DNA from: Callorhinchus milii
Lineage: Eukaryota
Direction: 5' to 3'
DNA: 64,000 nt
Assembly (NCBI RefSeq): GCF_018977255.1
Contig: NW_024704743.1
Span: forward strand, 66,404,001 to 66,468,000
Shown: piece by piece, positions 1 through 12,585 of the stretch
How the letters are laid out: each line of letters starts with the position of its first letter
Position numbering within the stretch: the stretch's first letter is position 1
The notes under the pieces: generated by a model
Seen by the model: the letters and a program-made list of their open reading frames with translations, nothing else
Databases searched by the model: none
Told to the model about the DNA's origin: nothing
Made by a program: the position numbers and the translations under genes

Positions 1-149
1 TTCGTTCACTTGAGTCCAAACTTAATTGAAACTCAAACTCTTACTTAACGGATGATCTACTCGTTTGCTTAGATGCAAAACGTGAGATTACTAGGGATCA
101 TCAAAAAATTCACATATCAAATAATTTGACATTACACTACCCAACTGAG

Positions 150-420
150 AAACAAAATGATTTGAGAAAATGGGGACATGGGTTTAGAGCTGAATGGGCC
201 AATTTCAGGACAGGTGCCAGGACATATTTCTTCATTCAGAATATAATTAACAATTGGAACAAGTTACCAGTAAGTATGGTTGAGGCCAGGTTGCTCAATT
301 TGTTTTTTGTTAAAATGATTTGATGCTGTGATGGGCTGATAGGAAGATGGGTATTCTAGAAGGGAGAGATCAAATGGCTCAAAGTGACTTCTTTATCCAG
401 CCGATCTTATCATCTTGTGA
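150..420 (+). mobile_element. CR1 LINE 3' remnant
   Basis: WGHGFRAEWANFRTGARTYFFIQNIINNWNKLPVSMVEA matches the CR1 ORF2 C-terminus (RGH..L...FR...RK.FF.QR..N.WN.LP...VEA), followed by a tail ending TCTTGTGA. Confidence 0.8.
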
Positions 421-1279
421 TTCAGGCGTATTTGAATAGGCAGATTCAGGCCCCAATCCCTTTCATGCACTGCACACTCATTGAGATGTGCTTCAATAGC
501 CTCAGATTTATGTACTTTTCCAATGCTTCTTGTAAACAGTAAAAGGTTGAATACAGCTTACATTTGTATGTTGTAAAGGGTTCAAGGAGGGCAATAGGAA
601 TGCCAGCATTTAATGAGAGCAATAAATCAATTACTCCAAATATCTCCTGAAATATTTTAAATGAACATTTATGACTGTAATTTTACAGGATATCTTAAAA
701 ATATTTCTACATATGCAGATACAAGAAAAATTGTGTCCAAACTGTTTTTGTTTAATTTTTCATAAGACCGAGAAGAAATTATAATAGTGCAAACACTCAG
801 TATAAAAGTTGTAATTAGAAATTTACATTCACATTAAACATTTCCATCATATTATCCACTTTTAACATAAAAGGTAGGACAAATATTTGATTCTTTAGGT
901 CATTCTTACAGTTTCAAAAGAGACTGAAAGATATTCTACAATATTCAATATGTACATAAAAATAGACCCGTATTTAATATGGAAAACTTGGCTAACTGGT
1001 TACTTTTAAAAAAAAATAGAAACACTTAGCAGTTTGTGTTTGTATGTGAACAAAAATACTTAAAAGGAATATTTTTGCAAAACATTTGATATAACCATGA
1101 GGCCACAATGATTAAAAAACCTAACAGCCCCCAGCCTGCTTTTCCCACCTTTTGAGCTGCGGTATTCATCAATGTAGACCATATATTGAAACTATCAGCA
1201 AATGAATGCTGCAGAACAAGCCCATTAACCATCCTTTGAATCTTTGCAAAATGTTCTACACCTATTCTTACAATTGACA

Positions 1280-1285
1280 TTTATT
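1280..1285 (-). promoter_or_regulatory. Candidate polyadenylation signal (AATAAA) for ADCY1
   Basis: First minus-strand AATAAA (plus TTTATT) I can find after the stop, about 920 nt into a repeat-free AT-rich putative 3' UTR. The real UTR may be longer. Confidence 0.3.
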
Positions 1286-2206
1286 GCTACTGAGTATTAG
1301 TTATGGCCCCTAGGAAAATAAATGGCAGCGAAAGGTTTTCACCATTCCAGGAAGTGCTTTGTCACTGTAATCTGCCTATATCTCTCTGGCAAAGATTAGC
1401 TATAATGAATGGGAGTTCTGTAGTTTTGATATATGATGGGTTTGAATTAAGGTCAGCAAAAAGAATACTGCAATTTATAAAGCAATGTCGATGGTCATGC
1501 TTATACCAAGAAAACGTCATTATAAAAATTAACTACGTCATCTGACATGTGCTTTTTATATACCATACGCATTTCATACTGCATAATTAATAATGGTATT
1601 TACAGGAATTACATACAATAAATTCTTGCAGAGAATTATATGAAAAAGGCAGACTTTGAAAATGCTATGCGTTTAAAAAATAAATTAAATAAGGCAATAG
1701 TACACAATTTTGACAATTTGTGAAACCAAGGAATGGCCAACGATATAAATATGAGTACGAATTCTCATAATAAAAGCAGTCATGTGATAAATGCAGTGGC
1801 TGAATACATCTAGAAAACATGCAGAAATTTAAAATGCACAAATTCTAGTTATAGTTCATTAAGACTTCTAAAATTATTTTCATTTTACATAGAAAGATAT
1901 CCGTCTTTGCCAGAAATATGGTTCTTTACTTCTTCCAACAGATAGTTAGCCCTTTTGTTTGCCGTTCCAAGAATATTATATTGTGACACCCAAAGTTTTG
2001 CTCTTTGGCCGGAATGCAGTGATTCTTGGCTTTCACGTGACTCACATCCTCCTGCTGATTATTCAGGAAGATGTGGCTTTCCCTGGTGCCTGACTTCCAA
2101 AGTCAAAGCCTTCTCCAAAGATAACCACAACTGCATTAAAGAAGAGTCTGCTGTTTTTCTCCTTTCTCATCAATTCCAAATACAGATTTACTTACACCAA
2201 ATGTTA

Positions 2207-2542
2207 TCATGCTTGTTTGACAACTGGTACAGGTGAAAGGTAGTTCACAGTTTGATTTGCATGATTTGTAGAGGCCTGAAGTGCTCCAAGTCCAGCCTTT
2301 ACTGTAAAGCTGGCTACCGATGATACCGATGGACAGCTTGTTCCTAGCTTTGCCTGAATATTTGCTCTTCCAAATGAATACATTTTCCTCTCTGAACTTG
2401 CTGAGTGTACTTGTGGATTGCTGTTCACTTTTCCTTCAAGGAAATATGTTAACATTTCTCCTTTTCCTTTCACACTCACTTTGCCCCTACACAGAAAGTC
2501 ATAATTACATTTCTTGAGTATTCGATGGACATCTTCTGTTAC
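2207..2542 (-). CDS. ADCY1: ADCY1 terminal coding exon (approx. 20) including TGA stop
   Basis: cttcag|GTA ACA GAA...GCA TGA; 336 nt; VTEDVHRILKKCNYDFLCRGKVSVKGKGEMLTYFLEG...RKMYSFGRA...VKQA*; C-tail of ADCY1 type. Confidence 0.96.
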   Translation of the reverse strand, partial: VTEDVHRILKKCNYDFLCRGKVSVKGKGEMLTYFLEGKVNSNPQVHSASSERKMYSFGRANIQAKLGTSCPSVSSVASFTVKAGLGALQASTNHANQTVNYLSPVPVVKQA

Positions 2543-2699
2543 CTGAAGATGTGAAGATGGACAATTAGTTTATTATTATTATGTATTACACAGTCTTTAA
2601 AAATTCAAAACACCAAATGCTTTACCAAATGAATCCAGATGTGGAGTTTCTTTGATTTGAGATAATTTCAAATACACCAAGGCCGCAGAACAAGACAAC

Positions 2700-2885
2700 A
2701 CAATTTCAGGTTTGCAAAAGGCTACTTCATAACAGCAACAAATTATCCACAAAGAGTTATTGAGGTCAGGATGTTGGATTCATTTAAGGAACAGTTTGGT
2801 GCTGTAATAGATGAATGGTAAGTTAGGCATTCTGAAGACTTAAGTGCCTACTTCATCTGAACCTCTTGTGATCTTGTGTGATCTT
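2700..2885 (+). mobile_element. CR1 3' remnant (degraded)
   Basis: Aligns by eye with 200-420 (caatttcagg...ttgaggtcagg...gctgtaat...tcttgtgatc). Confidence 0.6.
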
Positions 2886-3179
2886 ATAAATTTCATTTAA
2901 TATTGCAACATACATAACATTAATCCATGTTAAATCCTAAAATTGATACGCATTCTATAATCTTCCATTTCCTGGGTCCCAACTACTATTCCTTCAATAT
3001 GAAATCATTAGATATCTGTTTTACAGTGTGCCAGCTACCAGCATCCCTTGGGACAGCCACTAACAGCCAAAATACAATCCAAATGTAAAAAAAAAGCATC
3101 ATTATAAATGATATGTTTTTACACGTATAAAAATAAGTGGGCTGTATTGTTAGAAACACTGTAATGTGATCCTTGTGCT

Positions 3180-3280
3180 CACATTTTGTTTGGTCAGCTG
3201 GGTGTCCCCCACACACATCACCATGCTTAAAAGTTTTCAAATTAGAGTGAGAGTTCCACATATACATGGATATGCATATA
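3180..3280 (-). mobile_element. 3' end of unnamed RTEX-like non-LTR family (copy 1)
   Basis: ggtcagctgggtgtcc...atcaccatgcttaa shared with the copies at 32085, 46300 and 58530; A-rich end on the minus strand. Confidence 0.55.
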
Positions 3281-4019
3281 TTGGTTATGAAGGACTCAAA
3301 GTTCGCTCTCAAAATTTATATCATGATAACGCTCTGTAAGATATCACCTCTTTGTTATCTTTCCCAGCTTTCTTTTATTCCACATAAACAATACCCTCTC
3401 GGCAGTTTAGTACTAGTCTTAGCATCAAAAATGTTCAACATCATTTTAGGACCACGTTTTTGGGAGGATTAGCATTTATTTTATTCAAACTATGGCAAAT
3501 CTTCCTAAATAAATTATAGCTTTAGAGTCTCCACCCTTTGCTCTTTTCGTTTAGGATTCGCAGAACACTTTGTCTTAATTCTGGTAACTTGTGACATCTG
3601 AACTTAAGCTATCGTATTATTACTCACTCCTAATCATCTGGAATTCAGCTTCAAGAATGTTTTATTTCTGCATTACTTTGGGAGTTACTACAACTTGCAA
3701 CAAAAGCCAGAATACAACTGTATTTGTTTTGTTTGGAATTTTGGGTCACGAGCACAAACAATGAAAACATAGCTAAAGGAACATAATAAGTGATGGATAA
3801 AATAATAAGAACATTAGTAATAAAATTCAAAAAAATCTATCTTAAGAATCAGTAAACACGCAAATTACTGGAAGTCCAATTAAATCTGACAAATGAGGGT
3901 GTTTGGTATTTGTGATTAAATGTGTTAGGACACTTTGTGGACAGTAATTTCCTGCAAACAACCATGAGTGAATGAGCTATCTTATCTGAAGATGCTTGGT
4001 TAGTTCACCAGAAAGAACT

Positions 4020-4235
4020 CCTTTCGCTTGCTGAATAGTGTCAAGGAATCTTTCACATCCATCTCAAAAGGGAGACTAGACCTCAGTTTAACATCTGATC
4101 ATAAGATTGCACTTCCAACAATGCACCTCCCCAACACAAGACTCGACTATAAGATTAAAGTTCCAACATGGGACTTGAACCACCAATATTCTAGCTCAGA
4201 GGTGAGACTGCTATCAATTGAGTCAAGCTGACACT
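4020..4235 (-). mobile_element. Old tRNA-headed SINE (SacSINE1-like Deu-SINE), partial
   Basis: Reverse complement begins gtcagcttgactcaattgatagcagtctcacctctgagct...ggttcaagtccc, same head as the 4820, 12585 and 62610 copies. Confidence 0.65.
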
Positions 4236-4354
4236 TAGCAGTACAAGCAGTTCATGACATTTTTGCAACATTAGCTGAAATTTTGGCCTATTGTTCTTCG
4301 AAACTGAACTACTATGCATCTAATGTTTTTAATCCCCAGGTTTGATACTACAGT

Positions 4355-4600
4355 AGAAACATAAATTTACATTTATATAGCACCTTTCACATTGGGAGGA
4401 TGTCTGCGTTTGGCAGTCCATGCCTGGGATCCGAGTTGAGGGTGAGAGCTGAGGGGGATGGGGTGGGGAAAAATGACCGAAGGTGCAGTCAAAGAGGAAG
4501 GTCTTGAGACAGACCTTGAAAGAGGTGAGAGAAAACTTGTGGACAGAGTTTCAGAGAGTGAGGGCAGACAGGCTAAAAGCCTGACCTGTGATGATGGGTA
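4355..4600 (-). mobile_element. L2 LINE 3' fragment
   Basis: Shares gaaggt.cagtcaaagag.aaggtcttgagac..accttgaa with the young L2 3' ends. Confidence 0.75.
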
Positions 4601-4819
4601 CTGAAGTCTATAGGCCAGAATGAGTTACTGATGGTGAATGCAATTGAAATGATGAGGAAAAATTTTCTTGAATTTTTTCAGTATTGGTGAACTACTGTGG
4701 GATTGATTCAAAGCAAGAGCAGATAGGAGGTAGATCTGACAATCAGACTGAAACACTTACAGTGAAGAGGAAAGGAATGCCATGTTTGCATGCATTCTTT
4801 TGAGATATATAGATTTAAT

Positions 4820-5062
4820 ATCAGCCAGGCTCAGTTGGTAGCATTTCCACCTCTGAGTCAGAAGTTTGTGGGTAAAAGCCCCATGTCAGACTATGTAAAC
4901 TCAAAGTCTCAAACTGACACTCCAATACAGTGCTGGGGATGTACTGCAATGTTGGAGGGACTGTTCTTTAAGTCCACACTTTGCAGTCTATTCTCTTAAG
5001 TGTTTTGAGATATCCCTTGACAAGAAAGGCTCTACGTCAAATGTAAGGATTATTATTATCAT
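4820..5062 (+). mobile_element. SacSINE1-like SINE (internally deleted)
   Basis: tcagccaggctcagttggtagc...cctctgagtcagaag head and (ATT)n tail. Confidence 0.65.
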
Positions 5063-5204
5063 CTTGCTCTATTCATGTTCCTTGATTGTGGTTGGGAATG
5101 GAATTCAGAAAGAATAAAGCTGGTTATTTTGCATGTTAAAATGCTGGGTCAGTGTCTCATCAAATTAGAAAATATATTCTTGATACAATTCATCTCATAT
5201 TATA

Positions 5205-5600
5205 AGAGCCTGGCTCAGTTAGTAATACCTGCACTACAAGCCAGTAGTTCAAGGCCTACATTTGTATTTGAGCATCAGTTTAGATCAACACTCCAGGCAG
5301 AACTGGGCAAGAGCTGTATTATCAGAGATGCTGTCGTTCAAATGAAATGTTAAACCATTGTCCCATCTGTCTGCTCAGACAGATATTAAAGATCCCATGA
5401 CAATACCTGAAAAGACTTGGCAACAGTCCTCCAAATAAATTAGTCATTCATCTCATGGCTGTTTGTGGGACCTTGCTGGTGGAAATTATCTGCTGTGTTT
5501 GTCTACAAAAGTGTCACTTCTGACTGTAATTACCTGTGGAGCACTTGGAGCTGTTTCAATGTGATAAAGTGCTACAGAAATGCAAGTTCTTTCCTTCTTA
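5205..5600 (+). mobile_element. SacSINE1-like Deu-SINE, near full length, old
   Basis: tRNA-like head, aaagatcccatg body, Deu core gctgtttgtggga.cttgctg, L2-type tail aaatgcaagttctttc. Confidence 0.75.
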
Positions 5601-6039
5601 TAATGAGAAATACAGGATTTCATACAACAGCAGGTTCAAAGGCACTGTTGGCAAGCTAATTGGTTGGTGCAAACAGCTTTGGATTTGCATTTGAATGAAG
5701 CTAGGGGTAAAGGTTTACCCTTGGTTTGTTATTGACTAGGACATCTCCAGAAGTGGACCGCCCCACAATATAATATTTATCACCATATAAAACACAGCCT
5801 TTTCATCGCATCATAATTTATTTAAAACAATAACAGCCCTTCATACTGTGAATTGATGTTCTACCTACAGTAGTTGTTGGACTGTATGTAACATTATCAA
5901 ACTGTAATGAATTAAAATAAGTTTCATATTAAAAGTAAAATTGTACACTGACACCCATATACTGTAATTAATTGTCAATTGCCCACTGAAAACATTTACA
6001 ATAGAAAATCTATGCTTAAAAAGCAATTCATTTACTTAC

Positions 6040-6164
6040 TTGTATTTTGCCTTGAACCCCAGTACTATCCATTCTGCTGGCAACATTCACAGTGTTACCC
6101 CAGATGTCATACTGTGGTCTTCTTGCTCCAATCACACCGGCCACTACCGGTCCAACATTTATGC
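6040..6164 (-). CDS. ADCY1: ADCY1 exon (approx. 19), class III cyclase signature
   Basis: acccag|GC ATA...ATA CAA|gtaagt; 125 nt; [41 protein letters not shown] with the adenine-specifying Asp and catalytic Asn/Arg. Confidence 0.97.
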
Positions 6165-8769
6165 CTGGGTAGAAAAAAGATCAGTTTGCTTGAAGGTTTG
6201 AATATATTGCCTTGACATTAGCTCTATAGCTGTAGGAAATTACAGACAATATATTCAGTACTGCCAAAAGAAGCCAGCAACTAATGCACAATGAACTCAA
6301 TGCAAAAAACTTTGAGCGTTTTGATATTCACAAGATATGGGGATTCTCAGCCACACCATAGCAGTGATAATAAGAGAGTGATAGGAAAGCTTAGGAAAGC
6401 ATGGGACAGGAAAAGGCCATTTGGGTCATCAAACCCACTACTTCTGATGAACTGCAAAACCATGGACTCTCCTAAGTTCAATGAATCCTTTGAGAGAAGC
6501 AAATGTCTGCAGGTAGCTATTCCAAGAAAATGCCAAATATGTTTCCTTTGCTTCCAAATGCAACCAAGCAAAACCGTGAGAACATTAATTTAGTATTATT
6601 CAACCCTGATCACCAGTCAGCATTCCACAGATGATATTATTATTGTCCCACCAGCACCAAAGCTATTCCCTCCTGGAGAGTATCTGTGTCTATAATTATT
6701 CCTTTTACCTTCATTCCCTTCAGTAAACATATGTGCATCTAGCTTTATTTAAAATAAGTTAATATAATATTACTTCTCATCTAAGCCTTTAATCACACTT
6801 TGCGAACCTGGTTACAACAAATTATTAATGAAGTTCAGCACTTTCGAAAACCTGCACCTTATCCCTTCAGATTCTTTTCTTTCTTGCAATGTTGGATCTG
6901 AATCCTTAATCCTATTTTAATTTTGCAGTTTGAGTTTCAGAATAAATCTTGTTGCCTTTCTTTAAACTCACTGTGACAAGTTGACTCTATTTTTGTATAA
7001 ACTTGCTGAATATATACCACTTTCAACAAGATGAAAGGATTTAAAGGGTATAATTTTCCTCTATAGCCTGTTCTGTTAATGTGTATGAATCTACATTTCA
7101 TCGGTACAATGCAGCCTTGAATGACCAAGTTACCGGGACTAACTCACCTCTGTAAATGATAATTTGCCCATTCTCAGTTGCTGGATGGTTCAATTTACCA
7201 GTTCATAATTCATTAACAACTGCAGTCTAACTAGCCTAAGTGCAAAGTCTAGTTCTGGACAGGGTGGAGGCTGCCAGGATGCTAGTCAAAACAAACCTAA
7301 TAAGAAGCAATAATAAACAGTAAAAATAGACCTTTCAAATGGACTCTCAATCCATATAATCTGGGGCCAACATTCCTCCTTTTGTTAAATAATGGGATAG
7401 AACACTTTTTTTGGAAAGTTTTACTGAAATGCTAACAAAAGTGCAATGAGCGTCTGCATTCCAGCTGTCGACTGTGTGAAGCATGATTCTGTTAGTGTTG
7501 ATCAAAATATTACAATCTGCAAGAGAGCATTCATGCTTCTGAAGCAGCTCACAGGTCACTTGGCCCCTGCAAAATTCAAAACATCTGTACAGCTGTGGAG
7601 GTTGGAACTTCTGCCAAAAATATCTCAACAACAGCAATGGAAAGGGTGATTTATGGACAACGCCCTGCTAGTGAACACCATTATGGAGCAATGCAAGCAC
7701 ATTTTTAGAGGGTAGGGCAGCCCTCCCAGCATGAAAGTAAGTCAGGAAGTATGGCAATATGTTATAGACCGCATCAAGTCTGGCTCTGTGATTAGGAACA
7801 TCAGCCAGAAGGTCTGAAATAAAGGGCAGAACTTGAAATACGTTGCAAAGGTAAATTGTTAATATCAGTGCACATTTAGACCATGGGATGAACATTGAAG
7901 ACATTGTAAGTGATATCAGCAAAAAATGCTGCACTAAAAAAAGAAATGTTAGCAATAATGTTAGCAAAAAAGGCCACAAAAATTAAAGCAGTCAATTACA
8001 ATGAATGGTCATGCAAGACATTTCCCCTCCTTGCATTATTAAAGAAGGCCCATCAAACCCAGTTCTGCGACAGGGTTTTTTAATGAGGCTAGCTTTCCAG
8101 GTAGATCGTCACTTATATATCTTCGCCTCTCGCATTGATCAAAGATCATCTTGACAATCTCCAATCATTTGTTCAGTGCTGGGTTGCACTGCAGTTTGAT
8201 TTCATATAGCTCAATTTGATTAACAACAAGAACAAGCCTTGTATCTGATGTGATGCCTTTCAATTCGAGAGGACATATCAAAGCTCTTCACATGATATAC
8301 TGTAAATTGTAGTGACTGTATGTAGATGAGGAAGGTCTGAGGAACTCTAAATGTTTGCTTTTAGAAAGGAATCTTCCTACTGCATCCATTGCTAAAACTC
8401 TGTTTTATTCATTTGTTTCCTTAATCTGGCCATGTCTAAATTAGTTATCTTTTTCTGTGATGACTATTAGTTGTAGCAATTGATTTTTGAACATGGAATG
8501 CCATTAATAGCAGTCACTCCAAAACGATGAATTAGGCTTTTCCATCTCCTTTTTGAAACATTTGAAAAGTGAAGAAATCCTAATCCCAAATTGTTCACAA
8601 AAACAGACATGGAAGTTGCTGCCAGATTTCCATCCTCTATTTAAAAGTAAAATATTTTTTTACACCCTTTCAATTGGAATTGGTTGACTTATTTTTATGT
8701 TAACTAAACCAAACTAATAAAATTGACAGGACTTCTGGAGCATGCAATCATGCCTGTCAAGATTTAAGA

Positions 8770-8980
8770 CTACTGCTTTAAAATTTACAAACATATGCAA
8801 TTTGGGGAAACTAAAATTAAGACTACAGTTAAATTTAGCCTCAATTTGGGATCCTTATTTTTCACAATACTCGAAGAGAACTGTGGAAACTTGGCATCCA
8901 ATTAGAGATTGCTTTCCAAATCCTTTACTAATCTTAAATTTGAGGACAATGGTCAAGCCTAAGAACAATCTCAGATAATA
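8770..8980. mobile_element. Fold-back MITE family copy (degraded)
   Basis: Shares tcttaaattt.aggacaatggtc and caatttggga...catccaatt arms with the 50590-50815 and 24445-24680 copies. Confidence 0.45.
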
Positions 8981-9958
8981 TTTGAATCACAGAATCATAG
9001 AATCATACAGCACAAAAAGAGGCCATTCGCCCCATCGAGTTTGTGCCGGCTCTTTGAAAAGAGCAATGTAATGTCATTTGATAACAATTACAATCCTCAA
9101 ACAAGATTAACTCAACTGTAGATATAGATTCCTCTAAATCTAAACTTCTACAGAGTTATTAGATTTTACAAGCTATGTGTAATGAAACCATTCATTTATT
9201 TAATGAAATCCCTCAAGAAAAAAATAAAATAAAATTGATCACTTCAATCCACGACTGTTTGTGGGACACTGCCGTGCGCAATTGGGTGCCACATTTCGCC
9301 CACGAGCATACAGTCAATTCACGTTGAGATGTCTAGAAGATGTGAAAAACACTATATCAAATGCAAGGATTATATTATCATTATTTATTCATCCTGCTTT
9401 GTGTACTTTAATTAAAGGAGCATTATCTACAGGAGTATCTGCTTTCTTATTAGCTGAGTTTTGTCCACCTTTCTTCCCACATAACAGTAACTGAATCCTA
9501 TACTCTGTTGAAATACATTACACACAATTTAGATTCTTAATGCAATGGAGCAATTATTTTTATTTGTCGGGTATTTAAAAGGCAACGAGTACTGATCATA
9601 TTTTGAGCCTGCGAGTAAAAGTGCTTAATCATTGTGCAGCAGCCGCGTCTAGCCAACTACAACATTGCCAAATGGAGGATCTTGTCATTAAGGCATGAAT
9701 GCTTTGAGATTTATAATGTAACAAGTTTAACATTATGTTTGTTTGTGGGAACATGATAGCAACAATAGGATGAAACGTTACCCTGGTGACATTTAATCCT
9801 CAGATTAAATTTAATCCTATATTTTAGCTTTGAATTAGTTAGATTTGAGGTAACCAGTAATTACACCAAATATATGGCAGTCATCGAGCCTCAACTCTTG
9901 GTACAACATTCTTTTCAAAACAAATTTGTTCCAGTCTTTGAGAGCATTAGATGGTAAT

Positions 9959-10258
9959 GGAGTCCTGTAGCTCAGTGGTTAGAGCACTCGCCTCGCAAGC
10001 AAGAGACCTGGCTTCGATTCCAGGCAAGGCAAAACCTTGGGCAAGTTTCCTTACTGCACAGATAATAATCCCTCATGAAAAAAAAATTGGTGACTTCAAT
10101 CCACAACTGTTTGTGGGACACTGCTGTGCGCAATTGGCTGCTGCGATTCGCCCACAAATATACAGTCAATTCACTTCACAGTATATTCTGTGAAGCACTT
10201 TGAGATGTCTAGAAGACATGAAAAGCGCTATATCAAATGCAAGGATTATTATTATAAT
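9959..10258 (+). mobile_element. Young tRNA-derived Deu-SINE (short variant), full length
   Basis: A box TAGCTCAGTGG, B-box-like TTCGATTCC, Deu core gctgtgcgcaattggctgc, L2-type 3' stem-loop, (ATT)n tail. Confidence 0.9.
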
Positions 10259-10289
10259 TAGTGTTAGAAGCAATATGTGTACTCATTAA

Positions 10290-10930
10290 ATCCAATAACT
10301 TCTCTGGGACATCAATCAGACATCTTAGATTGTGTGTTGGGTTGCTGTTGGACTTTATCCACATAGCTTGCCATTGTCTACCATGCTTCCTGTTGCTTGT
10401 CCAGCTCGGACCACCCTATCTATTAAGGCTTTGGCTTGCAGGGTTAACCAGCTGTGCCACCATCATCCTACCCACAGCCCAGATACAAATCTCCAACCAC
10501 TGAGTAATGGTTCTACCAGCTGGAGATGCGGAGCTTGAGTAGTATCTGCTTACCTCTCTGCATACACATCAAGGTAGATACCAAGTCTTGAACGTGTGTT
10601 CAAGTTATAAAATATCGTCAATGATATATATTTTGTGCTAGTTTGAGCAATTTGAGCAGATCTTCCGTCCATAAAACCCAGATACCATATATTGAGCTTG
10701 AAAAAATTCTCTCAGGAAAATAGTAGTTACTGGCACCTTGCTGCCAGAAAAAGCATACTGCGGTGTAAACCGCGACTCCAGAATGGAATCCCCATGTACG
10801 TCATGTCGACGTGCAAAACTTCGCCTCCAGGGCAATCTGAGGTCGCACAATAATCTTGGCATATCATGTACCGCTGAGACACTGAAGTATTGTTGGTTGG
10901 AGTCCAAGTAGGTTGAGATTTCATGACTTG
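10290..10930 (-). mobile_element. Unnamed RTEX-like non-LTR remnant (copy 2)
   Basis: Reverse complement of 10440-10600 aligns with 45595-45750 and reads QRGKQILLKLRISSW; 10320-10415 aligns with 32300-32410. Extension to 10930 is weaker. Confidence 0.6.
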
Positions 10931-11598
10931 AATCATTCTCTTAAGAAAATATTAACATCAGGTGTTCAAATTTAAAGAATCAGTCTTTGGCTTCTGTCCA
11001 TAAGTTTTCATACGACCATTGTATTTCAACATCCAGGGTTCAAGGAAAATGTGATTTGCAAGAGCAGATTGTTATGTTTCATATCAGATGTTATCAAGAA
11101 ACTATCTACATTGGATCACAGTAAATTGCTCAGAAGTTCACAGTTACTTAGTTTATCACCTAGAAAATAGAAAAGGTCTTCTTCATCTTGTAAGGAAGGT
11201 GGCCCTTATTAATCAAGTTTCCCAGAGCCTTACACACATCAAAACAGATGATCAAGACTATGCTGAGCACTAGTTATGATCGACTTATCATGTACCTCTC
11301 AATCTTTCAATAAACATAATTTAATCTTTGCAAATGCTTCAATGTCCTTTTGAAGGTAAAGTGCCCATGCCAATTCACAATATTCCAAACGCGACCCTAT
11401 AGTTCCTTTTCAAACCCTTATTGAATAAACTCCTTAGATTAAGTGCAACTCATATTAAATCCATTGAGCCGTCTTAATATACAAACAGAAACACGTGAAT
11501 ACATTCTTTGATCTGTTTTAGCATTAAGTATTTACTTTGATTGATTTTTCTGCATTAATGAAGGAATTACCATTCATACTTAAGAACCAATAACTTAC

Positions 11599-11713
11599 CA
11601 ACTCTCAGGACAAAGTCATTGTATGACTGATAGTTAATTTCATCAAGAACGTCAAACATTTCCATAGCAAAATCCGCCAGAGTACTGAGGTGGGAATAAA
11701 TTGACCGTTTTGC
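11599..11713 (-). CDS. ADCY1: ADCY1 exon (approx. 18)
   Basis: ctttag|GCA...GTT G|gtaagt; 115 nt; AKRSIYSHLSTLADFAMEMFDVLDEINYQSYNDFVLRV(G). Confidence 0.96.
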
Positions 11714-11834
11714 CTAAAGTTTGAAAAAAAATCAAAAACAGATTTAAAGTGGCCATTACGCTACTATTAACATTAAAGTTACACATAAATCATATCATAT
11801 TTCAGACTGCATCAGTAAAACTTTTAGTCAGAGA

Positions 11835-12010
11835 TCTGAAATTCCATCTAATTTTAGCCAGTAAGACTATATTTTATCTGAAAATGTAAGATCACACAGA
11901 ATTGTAGAACATTCTTGGATTCAAATTCAATTTAGAAGCTTTTTATATTATAAACTGTGTGATCGAATTTAATTTGAACTGAATTTAAGAATGTTCCACA
12001 ATTATAATAA
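11835..12010. mobile_element. Fold-back MITE family copy
   Basis: gaaattccatcta terminus; internal inverted arms gaattgtagaacattctt...aagaatgttccacaatt. Confidence 0.6.
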
Positions 12011-12189
12011 CTTTCACTTACATTGTGTCTTACATATAAAAGGAAATGTCTCCAAATGCTCAGTTTGATCACCAGAATTAGTGGAAGGTTCTCATGTGAC
12101 ATACACTATTTTTGCAGCCCTGTACAGGCTATTAACCCTTTGAGTGACACTGGCAAGTAAAACAATCTTTTTCTACATCATCATCAAAA

Positions 12190-12585
12190 TAATAATAATA
12201 ATATTTACATTTGATATAGCACCTTTCAAGTTAGGAAGATGTCTCAAAGTGCTTTACAGAATTTACTGTGGGTATTTTGTGGGTGAATGGCACTAACAGT
12301 CACAAAGTGAATGATTAGTTTTATCTGGGGGATTGTTGGCCAAGACACTGGGAGAAAATTCCCTTCTCTTTTCGTGTAGTGCTATGGGATCTTTAACACC
12401 CACTGAACAGGACCTATGTTTAATGTCTCGTCTGAAAGACAGCACTTCCAACAATGTGGCACACCTCCAGCACTGCATTACAGTATCAGCCAAGACTTTG
12501 TGGATTCTAAGACCCAATGTGAGATTTGGACTTACAACCTTCTGACTTAAGAGGCAACAGTCCTACCAACTGAGCCAGGCTGAGA
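12190..12585 (-). mobile_element. SacSINE1-like Deu-SINE, full length
   Basis: Head cagcctggctcagttggtag at 12583, aaagatcccatagcac body, (ATT)n tail at 12190. Confidence 0.8.

Noticed and set aside
2536..2546. Recursive-splice-like CAG|GTAAC at the last exon acceptor
   Set aside because: GT is simply the conserved Val codon starting the exon, and the donor consensus match is weak
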